Shown in pieces: positions 50,934-61,460 of a DNA stretch of 64,000 nucleotides. Position 1 is the stretch's first letter. Each line of letters begins with the position of its first letter. The DNA comes from Lama glama (lineage: Eukaryota): contig CM052840.1 of assembly GCA_028534125.1 (NCBI GenBank), positions 21,638,001-21,702,000 on the forward strand, written 5' to 3'. Made by a program: the position numbers and the translations under genes. Below the pieces are notes generated by a model that searched no databases, was not told the origin of the DNA, and was given only the letters and a program-made list of their open reading frames with translations.

Positions 50934-51126
50934 TATTTTTTATTTTTTAATTTTTTTTAACATTTTTATTGAGTTATAGTCAGTTTACAATACTGAGTCA
51001 ATTTCCAGTGTAGAGCACAATTTTTCAGTTATACATGAACATACATATACTTATTATTGCGTTCTTTTTTGCTGTGAGCTACCACAAGATCTTGTATATA
51101 TTTCCCTGTGCTATACAGTATAATCT
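50934..51126 (-). mobile_element. Short young L1 3' end with 11-bp TSD
   Basis: T-rich tail plus ttattgagttatagtcagtttacaatactgagtcaatttccagtgtagagcac; TSD TTAAACATTTT at 50923-50933 and 51127-51137, followed by AA (canonical TTTT/AA endonuclease site). Confidence 0.88.
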
Positions 51127-52392
51127 TTAAACATTTTAAAAGTATTTATGGGCATTAATTAGTGAGAGTGCCTCTAAATAATCAGCTAGCCTCTTCTGTT
51201 GCTGATGGTTTAAAATTGTTTTACCTGTGTAATGTATTCTCCTTTAAAAGATGCCTTATAGCTATTTGCCTTATTTTATCTTCGCAATAATTATAGGTAG
51301 AGATGTTACAAATAACATGCTGTTGTTTAACAAGTGAAGAAACTGTGGCCTAAATCTTCAGTGATTCTCTCATGTTTACACAAATCAAGACTGCAGACTT
51401 GAACCAAAGTCTTTGCTGATTCCTTCTCTTCGCTCTTGTTATTTTTTCTCATTTCTTTGCACTGAAGATCATGGCATATGATAGTGTTTAAAACTTTGTC
51501 TTCCTGCTTCTGTAATGAGTCTCAGCTTTACACAGTAGCAACTATATATTGAAAAATAAAAGGAAATTGATCATATGGCCAATAACCAAACTCAGGTGCA
51601 GTTAGTACCAGGGTTTACCAGTGAAATCCGACGTCACAATTTTGGTTTGTTTCCAAGTCTCTTATCCCAGTGTTTAAAATTTTAAGAATTATTAATTGGA
51701 AATGTAAAGGAGAATTTTGCTTTTCATTTTGTACTTTTTTGTAGTGTACTAGTTTAATATTTTAATATGTTGCATACATATAGTTACCCCCAAAATGTAA
51801 ATAACTAGTTTTATGAAAAAGACTAGGAAAATGCAAAGTACTATATAAATAACATTATTTCTAATTAACAGTAAATGCTATTCTATGTCAGGTATTGTTT
51901 TAGATGATTTACACATAAATGTAATACTAATGTACATTTTTTTGCTGTATTAGGTGTAGCCAAGCTGTCCTGGATTTAGACTTATTATCTTGCAGCTGTA
52001 TCATTATACCGTATTTTCTGATTTTTGGAAAGTAGGGTTAATGTGTGTCTGTCTATCTTATTACCCAAAGGAGATTCTGTTATTTTCTTTCCTCAAGGTC
52101 ATCGACCATGTCTTAATCTGTTTTTTTGTTTGTTGGTTTGGTTTGGTTTGGTTTTTCGTTTTGAACAGTCTTTGAGAGGAAAAGGAGAGGAGGTTGTTTC
52201 AGGGTTAAACAAAAAAATGAAAGATCCAGTCCTCCTGTCTTTTATCATCTGTAAACTGTACAGATTTTCACTTTCCTCTCCTGAGTCCATGCTTTAAATA
52301 CATTGTTTATCTAAGAAACATACAGAGTCCCAAAGCACAAGGTTTGACACAATGAGCACCCATTGATTGTACTTTGAAGTGGATGTCAGTTA

Positions 52393-52478
52393 ATGGATGG
52401 CTAGATGGCTAGATGGGTGGGTGGGTAGGTAGGTAGGTGGATGGATGAATGGATAGCTAGCTAGCTAGCTAGCTAGCT
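52393..52478. repeat. Compound tetranucleotide microsatellite (GGAT/GGGT/AGGT then (AGCT)n)
   Basis: atggatggctagatggctagatgggtgggtgggtaggtaggtaggtggatggatgaatggatagctagctagctagctagctagct seen directly. Confidence 0.9.
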
Positions 52479-52977
52479 CAATCTCAGATTTTCACAGATC
52501 TCAGTAATCTGAAATATGAATAATTCTCATTAGCTGTAAGACTCGTATTTTATTTGTTCATTGCCCTCACCTCTAGTAGGTGATCTCTGCCTCCTGCAAA
52601 CTAATCTGCATGCCTTTCTGGAGAGCCCTATGGGTTTTCTTACATGTATTTAGGATCAAGCCAGACACCAACTGACCAAGTGCTCTAGTAACTCCATGCA
52701 CGGGGCAGTTCCATGGCCCTGATCTGGATAAGCATCATCTGGGCATCAGGAGCACTGCTCCTGTTCCTCTGACACTCCACCAGGCACCTAAGTCTCTCCC
52801 ACAGCTGTGCCAGCTGGAGTAGTTTCCCGGCAGGGGCCACCTTAGATCCCCTAGGCCAGGTGGGCACCAGGACTGATCTGCCAGGTAGGGCTGTCCCAGT
52901 TGGATCCTGTACTCCCCTCCCATTGTGCATGGGTGTTCTCACCCTCCTGGTACCATAGCTACATAAGGCTGTATTAA

Positions 52978-53009
52978 AAGTGGAGGTAAGTGGAGGTAAG
53001 TGGAGGTAA
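52978..53009 (+). repeat. 10-bp tandem repeat (AAGTGGAGGT), about 3.2 copies
   Basis: aagtggaggtaagtggaggtaagtggaggtaa seen directly. Confidence 0.95.
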
Positions 53010-53463
53010 CTCTTTCTTCAGTGAGTCCTAAAGGAGTACTGAATGCTTTCCAGGATCTTAAAGAATTTAACAGAACAGGTCTTTTTGCTCTTACTCTTCA
53101 CTGGAAGACATCTGAGTAAACATACACAAGGCTTTTCTTAAAATACACTCTCTCTTCTGAGAAAGCATGCCTGGCTTCTTCTCTCATTCAGGTCTTCAGA
53201 ATGTTCCCAGTTCTCAATACAGGCAGACTTCTGTTGGGCCCTATCATGAGTTCTTCTGAAGATTCAGATACCTCTGTATCCACAGTACACACACATTTGT
53301 TCCCTCTTTCCATGACTGCCAACTCGCCCCTACTGCCAAGAATGCTGCTCTCCGGTTCTCATGCACAGTGCTGGCCACCTACTCTGTCACATATGCCTAA
53401 AGAAGTCTATATATATCTTACACTCCAGTTGGGGTCCTCCTTTTATGAAGTATTAAAGATGCT

Positions 53464-53890
53464 GTATTAGGGTGAGAGAAAAAGAGACAGATAGAGATAG
53501 AAAAACAATTTTTATTTTAAAGACTTGGCTCAGATGATTGAAAAGTCTGAAATCTGTAGAGCAGCTCAGCAGGCAAGAGACCCAAGGAAGAGTTGGTGTT
53601 GCATCCTTGAGTTTAACATCCACAGGGCACACCAGCAGGCTGGAAACTCAGGCAGAATTTTTATGGTGCTGTTTAGAGGCAGAATTTCTTATTTGGGAAA
53701 TCTCAGTCTTTACTCATAAGGCCTTCAACTGATTGGATGAGGCCCACCCACATTGTGGCAAGTAATCTGCTTTATTTAAAATCAACTGATAATAAGTGTT
53801 AATCTTACTTTAAAAAATACTTTCACAGGAACACCTTAACTAGTCTTTGACCAAACAAGTGGACAACATAGCCTACCCAAGTTAACACAT
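53464..53890 (-). mobile_element. ERVL solo LTR (MLT2-like)
   Basis: tgtattagggt...aagtctgaaatctgtagagcag...ggccttcaactgattggatgaggcccacccacatt...gcctacccaagttaacacat. Confidence 0.85.
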
Positions 53891-54427
53891 ATACTACTTA
53901 AAAAAAATCATCAGTAAAATATTGATTAATTCAGGGGAAAAAGTTAGATGCTGTCATAGTCTGAACACTTATAAGTGTTTTTTTCTGAAGGAACATCAAC
54001 AGACTGTTCTTTGGAAATTGCTGTTTTGAAAGAGAAAAACCTGTCATTCTATGGAAATGATTCAAAGGTAGACAATTCAGTGAAAGCTTTATATTGGGCT
54101 AACCGACGTCTAGCTGTCACATTGAAGACTTCATCAGCTTCTAAAAATGCAGTGGTTGCTTACGATGCATTGCATTTTTACAGGTTGATGTAGAAGCATA
54201 ATTTTAATGTATTTGTTTTCACCTTAACATTACAGTTTAAGTTCTGCACATCCATGGTGCTCATTTTGCACATTCTCTTCTTATACGGAGGACGATTTGC
54301 TAAGCATTTCATTCCAAATTAAAATTGCGAGGGCATTTTATGATGAATTAAATAGGTGATCTTCCTCAAACCTCTGTAACTATTAGAGCAAATATCCAAG
54401 AAGTAAAAACTTTTATCACAATATTCT

Positions 54428-54613
54428 CTGTATATGTGTGTGTGTGTGTATGTGTATTTTGTTGAAGTATAGTCAGATACAATGTTGTGTCGATTTCTTG
54501 TGTACAACATGCTTCAGTCATACATGAACAAACATTCATTTTCACATTCTTTACCACCATAAGTTATGACAAGCTATCAAATATAGCTCCCTGCGCTATA
54601 CAGCATGAAGTTG
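54428..54613 (-). mobile_element. Short L1 3' end with 14-bp TSD; tail converted to a (TG)n microsatellite
   Basis: ttgaagtatagtcagatacaatgttgtgtcgatttcttgtgtac...aaatatagctccctgcgctatacag; TSD TATCACAATATTCT at 54414-54427 and 54614-54627. Confidence 0.88.
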
Positions 54614-57600
54614 TATCACAATATTCTGCATGCCAAGTTTCCTTGAAAAAAAGAGACATTCAGTAGAGAGTGTAACTTTTGAGAGCATCTAACAGAAACT
54701 TCTCTTTTTATAGATGAAGAAACCAAGAGCCAGTGTGGGCAAGTGTTGTGCCAAATTTCATGCAGACAGCTAACCACAGAGCTGAAAATAGACAAAGGTT
54801 TCCTAACCCCCAGCCCTGCTGTATGTGGGTCCACTGCATCATCACTACGAAGTGTTCAGCCTGGAATCCTGTAGCCTTCCTAAGCTGGCCCCAGCTGATC
54901 TTTGTAGCATTATTTCCGTTGCTTCTTTCATGTGTCTGGTGCCCGAGCCAAACTGAACTTTGCTGACCTAAGCTAAACATTTTCCACCCAGCTGGTACTG
55001 AATTATTCTCCAGCAGTGCTTTTGCCACCTCTCCCTCTCTAGGAGGTCTTCTCCCTCTGTCTCCTTTGCCTTAAAACCAATTTAAATGCTATCTCCTTTT
55101 TGATAGATAGCTGGATATGCATGGATATAGATAGATTTCAAATTTCAAATTTTGAAATCCTCAAAATTTCGCAGATCTCATTAATACAAATAAGTCTCAT
55201 TGGTTCTGATACTCATACTTCACTTGCTCATCACCTTCACCTGCAGTCTCGCGATGATCTCTGCCTCTTGCAAGAGAACCCCCATGCGTTATTAAGGAAT
55301 ATAACAGTAGCAAACACCCACCTGAATTCCCCAGTTTTGCCAGAAATATTTAGCTAAGTTACATGACTAAAGTTTTCCAGATTATATTCCTGGAATATTG
55401 TCTCTATTTTCTCTCTGGTTTGTGAGTGAAAAGCGTTTATGAAAATTGAAAGCCAGATACTGACTTCCTAACTCTACCTTTCTACCTCTCACTGTCCAGA
55501 GGCACAGTAGAGGTGAGACTTTAGTGAGTACGTGTGCGTAGACAGGGAATTGGGCGGGGAAGGAAGGGGTCATACTGCTCTAGGGTTGTATTATTATCAA
55601 AGTAACCAAGAAAAACAACCTTGGGCTGAATAAACTGTGATTTATTACAAATGGAATATTAGAGAGGCTCCGAAGTCAGACTGGAAGACAGCTGGCAAAG
55701 ACTGCTGTCAGTCTACGGAGTGTTGCATGGAAGCCTTTTGTTCTGAGCAGCCGGGGAAGAAAGAGGAAAATGAGGAAGCATCATCCCTCATTATCACAAC
55801 TGACAGACAGACCAGTGACTGACAACTCCCAGCAGGCTGGGCTCCCCCCCGCACGCATGCCACCTGCTGCTTCCCTGCTGGAGGGACCCGGTTTTCCTCT
55901 CCTGATTTCTGGTTGTCTTAATTGCAATGAGGTTTTTACTCTTCACCCATCAGGATTATTCAAAGTATTCGGAGTCAGAAAGGGATGCCTAGAAGACACA
56001 TCCTTGTTCTCAAACAGTTTGTAACACCATGACTACCCTTGAGTGGGAAAAGGATGCTTACAAGGGAGATTTGTTAAAAGGGCAACGAAATAGAGTGTAA
56101 ACTACGCAGACTTCAAGGAAAATCGGGAGATGCTCCATAAATAAGATACACTTTGAACAGGGTTTTGGTGAAAGGGAGGGATGTGGATTTCTCTGATGAC
56201 ATAAGAAATATATGCACGAATAGGAAGTGTGTTGTGTTTAGTCATATAGTTTGGGTGTGGTTTTATATCTGACTCCTTACCAGGGCAAAAGGATGCCCAC
56301 TCTGTGAATTAGTTTGAAATTGCAGGGCTGGACGTCGGCTGCGGGGAATTGCTCACCTGGCCAAAGAGAAGCATGTTGCAAGGTAAAGTTTCTGTGAGGA
56401 GCAGAAGAGCAGCAGTGTTCAAACTAAAGAGAGCCTCTGTTTTTATTAATTAAAAGGTCAGAATCTGATTTTTCTGGAAGCAAAAAGCTGAGCAGGCAGT
56501 TGGGGAGCAAGGGCTGCACAGTGGCACAGACAAACGCTCGCTGACCTACCGTGAGCACCCTGGCATAGCTCAGTGCTTCCCAGACATCCGTGGAAAACAC
56601 ACCACCTCTTAGGTCTGCCGCCTAAGATGTGTCCTCACCGAAGCATGACTTAGCGCTGGTTCTCAAGTTGGAATACCAAACGTCAGGCGATGGGGTCAGG
56701 GACTGCCTGGATGGTGCTCACGTTTTTAAGCATCCAGGTGATGATGTGAGGGAAGGATGTGCAGAGTGGAGAGAGAAAAATCAGGAAAAAAGCTGTATTT
56801 TTTCCTTTGTGAAATAATACTAGGAAGTTATCAGGGAAAAAAAAAATTGAGGACATCCAGCAGATGATAAGGAAGCAAAAACTGCTTTTTAATTTTCTGA
56901 TGGGAGAAACCAACAGGAAGAGATACATCCCTCAGTTTACACCGGAAGTTGAGAAGAAAATCGTTGCCTGCTTACTGGTTCATTTTTGTCAGTTGAGATC
57001 AATGAAATTATCTGAACGACAGCATGAAATGAATCGTAAAATAGCATATAATTCATGGCCAGAATTGTAAATTATAGTTTACTTGACAGTAATCGGGGAG
57101 GTTTCCATGCACTGGGATGCATCTCCTTGTAACATGGCTCAGGACAATGCCTGTGGATCCATTTCTAATGTGTATTAGAGCAATCTGTTTCTCCCTGTCC
57201 ACAACTCCTCCTGGTGTTTGATCTTATGCAAATGATGCAATCAAGCAAATGGGAAACAAGATCTTGTTGCTAAGGGGCTCTGACAAACAGTGGCCTTATG
57301 CTTTTAGGGGCCCCCCCACCCTCCACTAACTGACTCCGATTTGTGTGCATACCTGTGGTGTTTGAATCCGTTGATCCATTACATGGCCTTTGCAGGACCG
57401 AATCACGTCTGTACAGACACATGACCAAATCAGCTGCCGTTAGGCAGAGAGGAGAGAATTATCATTAGCTCCCTCATTGCTTTAAATTTTAAATTGGTGG
57501 CTTTGTTTATGGCTTCATTCCCAAAGAATGCCTTAGCCTATTTCTGCAGGAACCCTCTTTTTCAGTTTTTTTGACTGATTCTTAAAAAACAACACCACCA

Positions 57601-60189
57601 CCACCACCACCAACAACAAACCCATTGCATTTGTTTCCTTTTTACGCAGCTGGCCCTTTCCCCCAACCTGATGCTGCCTCCTCTTCTCTCCTTTCTCTCA
57701 TTTCCCTTTCCGTTGTCCTCGCCATCTCCCCCCACCTTCACCTAGGATTCCCCAGTCAGGTCACCTGGGCAGCCCCTTCTCCCATGTATCATGTTAGGTT
57801 CTACCCCTGTCTTTTTTTCTTGCCTCATTATTCAGAGGACACCAGTGACACTTCATCTTCTTATGGAAATACACTGAGGATAATCCGGTTCGGGGTGGAC
57901 AGTAGAGGCATAAAAATGCCTCAGAAGTCAAGAAAGCTACTTAATCAGACTGGCTTTCTTGGCACTGTTGAGTGGGCAGTTTTTAAATTTTCCAGAATCC
58001 AAAGAAAACCCTCAATTCCTATTGCAACAAAGGCATGGCAATCAGATTTCCCAAAGCAGATATCTGACCTAACAGAGCATTTTGTGTGTGTGAATTAATT
58101 TACCTGAAAAAATTAGAGAAAACATTCATTCCACAAAGGTTTGAAAATATTGGCCGTGTGGTCATCATAAGCATAAATGAAGGGCCAGTTGATCATGGAA
58201 TCTTGATAAATCTTGGTCAGTAAGACATCTAGCTACACCTCTGTTTCTGTGAATATCTGTATCTTTATTTCTACAGCTTGACTTAGTATCTGACTTTACT
58301 TCCATACAATTTACTTAGTAGGAAATGAATTACAGTCAGGGGTCCCCCTGTCTCCCCTGATGGTGTGAAAGCTTCCAGGGTCTTATATAGTTTCTTCCTA
58401 TTTAGAGTGTGACCATCCATGGTGCCTTCCTCCTCTGTGCAGAGGCACCACTCGCTCTTGAGATGACGCCTCAGATCTAGGAGGTCTCTCCGTTACTTCT
58501 GTGTCACAGTTCGGAAACTGAAATCTCTGCTCAGTTTCCTGTGGGCTTGTCTACCCACAGACACCAAGGTCTTTTCTTTTGCGGGAGTCTATTTCCTCCC
58601 TGGGACTCGAGCTTGGAAACCGGGGTCAGAGCCCCTCCTCCCAAGAGCCTGCACATTTCTTTCTTCTTCCTTCTTATTCCATCAACATGAGAAATCTGAG
58701 GTGCAGAGGAGAAGGGGCTGTGCACTTCTTGTTTCTCCCACCCTGAGGTCTCTCTCTTCCTCCTGTGTCCAGGAGGGTCCTCTTTCTGCTTCCTGACCAC
58801 ACACATTCTGTTTCATAAACAGTAGTTATCTTATAAGTAAATTGTGAACTTGTTTCATGGAGGGAAATTTAAATGAGGGAAAGACATGGGGTCAGGAGTA
58901 GGGAAGAGCAGAATAAAGAAAGACATGGGTTAATATGACAACCATGTGGATCTGGCTCCCTCGGCACAGATAGCTCAGAGGGGGTGCTTTACCTGAGGAC
59001 CACAATTTTAGACCCTCCTTGGTTCCTCCAGAGAACTGGCCAAACCATGAAAGGAGAAAAAAAAAAAAAAGATCAGTATAATGAAGGGAGAAACAAGATA
59101 ACAAGAGAGCTGTTGCTGAGGTGTGCGAAGGGTCCAATTCGAATTAGAAAACCTAAAATCATGGTCGATTCTTTCAGTATGTTCAGCAGTGCTGTCAGTC
59201 GCATGTTAGAGATATGAGAAGTATCAGAGAAATAAGATGATGAGATTTATCCAGAGCTAGGAATTGGGAGGGCAGATACAGAACGAAACGGGGAGGGGGG
59301 AAGCTCTAGGGACCCACAGAGTATGGCTTTGGGACAGGCGATCAAAGAGCACAGCAAGGAAGACACAAATATGTGAATACTCTAGAAAGAAGGTGCTGAG
59401 AGGCTGGACATTGTGCGGTGGCAAAGGGCTGATTGCATTGTTGTGACCAGCGGAAGTGGTGTGAATTTACCCGTTTGTGGTCAGAGAGGGAAGCTTTTAG
59501 ATTAAGAATCTTGGAAGTAGTTCGAAAGATGATCCAGTAGTGTGTATAACTGTGCTGAATGTGTAATAAATGAAGCAGAAGTGAAGGGCATTACATTTGA
59601 GGAAGTTAAAGCGAAGCCAGATTCAGAGATGAGTCATCCCTGAGGATATTGGAGGTGCCAAAAAAGGGATTATGATTGAAAAGAAAACTGAGCCAATGCT
59701 GAAGTCATTGAGGACAGGAGATGTATGACCCAGGAAGTGTAACAGGGCATATGTCAACTGGGTCTTAGACATGCATTTTCTTAAATGATGAATTGATACT
59801 GGTAAACCATGGCTGTCTTTTCACCATCCAACATATACATGTAAATTATAGAATTTGAAAAATATGTGTAACCAAAATATAAATAAAATTTGAATCATCC
59901 ACATGCCTTCACTCTAAGAAACCAATGTTAGTGTTTTGGTGTATGCCTTATTTTTTTATGAATTATTCATGTTTGAGAATTAGATTTTGGCATTCAGACA
60001 AGAACAGCTTAGCTTTTTCTTGTTTTTTTTTTACTAGCGAATCACCTTCATCTCACAGTTACAGATCCTCCATTGATCTCGCAAACTGTATGCAGTAGAT
60101 CCTTGGAGATTTTTAGACGTTACTCTATTTCTGAGAAAATTTTGGCAGTCTGGGGAAGGGACATAGACGTCTCCCTCTGATCTTGTCCA

Positions 60190-61460
60190 TTCATTTATTC
60201 AACGAGTAAGACTATTGGTAATTAAACATCACACCAATCCTGAGATACGCCCTGTTGAACATGACGGAAAATATCTTTCTGTTCTCAAAGAGTTTACATC
60301 CTCCCGGAAGGGACACAAAGACAAGAAATAAATGGCAAGGCAGTTTCTGACATGTTCTGGTAATTATGATAAGTAACTAAACAAGGTGACATGACAGAGA
60401 GTACCTGGGGACGGATGGTGGTGGCCATGCTGTGAGATTATCAAGAAAGACCACGCAGAGGAGGATGAGCCTGTAGGATGACGCAAATTCAGCCGAGTAC
60501 AAAGAAGGAGAAAATAGGTTTTAGTTAGAAGCAGCAGCACCAGTGAAGGTGTGGAGGTGTAAGCCTGTAATGTTGGAGGAACAGAAATGTCCAGTGTGTG
60601 GGAGGCATGTGTCAAGTCAAGTAGGATCTCACTGACCACTGGTAGATTTCATTCTAAGAGCAACATGTGGCCACTGTTGGGTGTTACTCTGGGGAAGCAA
60701 AAGATCGCTCTGGACTAACGGTCTTGCTTCCTCCTTCACTGAGGAAATCCAAGCAGTTATAATTCCCCCTACATGCCCGCTACCATCTACCCACCTACCA
60801 GCATTTGCACCCACGCAGTCTGCCTTCCCTTCTGTTGCTATAGAGTATCTGTCCTGCTCCTTCTAAGCACAAACCCTCCACTTTCATACTTGGTTCCAGC
60901 CTTTCACATATTTAAGGACAAAGTTCCAGCGATTCTCTCCTCTTTCATTTGTTACCAGTTCTGTCTTTGTTGGATCACTCCCATCAGGTTATAATTTTTT
61001 AATCTCATTTAATTATTTTAAAAATTCTTCTCTGGACTCTACTTACCTCCCATCTGTTGTTTCACTTTCCTACTTTCCTTTACAACAAAACTTCTTGAAG
61101 AAAGGTGGTTATATTCACTATGTGTAACTCTTCTTCTCTCATTCCCTCATTAAACCCACTCGAGTCAGGCTTTGACGCCCATAACTTACTGAAACTGCTA
61201 CTGCACAGACACCAGTGGCTGCCATATTGCTAAACTCAGTGGTCAGTTTTTAGTCCTCCTCTTACTTGAACTGTCACCCTTAAAATGTTTGCCTCACTTA
61301 ACTTCCAGGACACCATACTCTTGTTTTCCTCCCAGGTTTGGTATTTTCTGTTTCAGCCCGGGCTCACCAGTCATCCTGGCCCTGTCTAGCGACACGACCT
61401 TTCTAAGCACACTCACTTCCTCATCCTGGTCTTGACCATCATATAATGGATGCTTCCCAG
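60190..61460. mobile_element. Two oppositely oriented degenerate L2 fragments (junction near 60670)
   Basis: cattcatttattcaac (L2 3' end, antisense) at ~60188; cccactcgagtcaggctttgacgcccataacttactgaaactgc...gctaaactcagtggtcagtttttagtcctcctcttacttgaactgtc (sense) at ~61155-61280. Confidence 0.6.

Noticed and set aside
57625-58098. 157-aa plus-strand ORF
   Set aside because: Low-complexity pyrimidine-rich start, non-ATG start codon, no usherin or other domain similarity, and no supporting splice structure.
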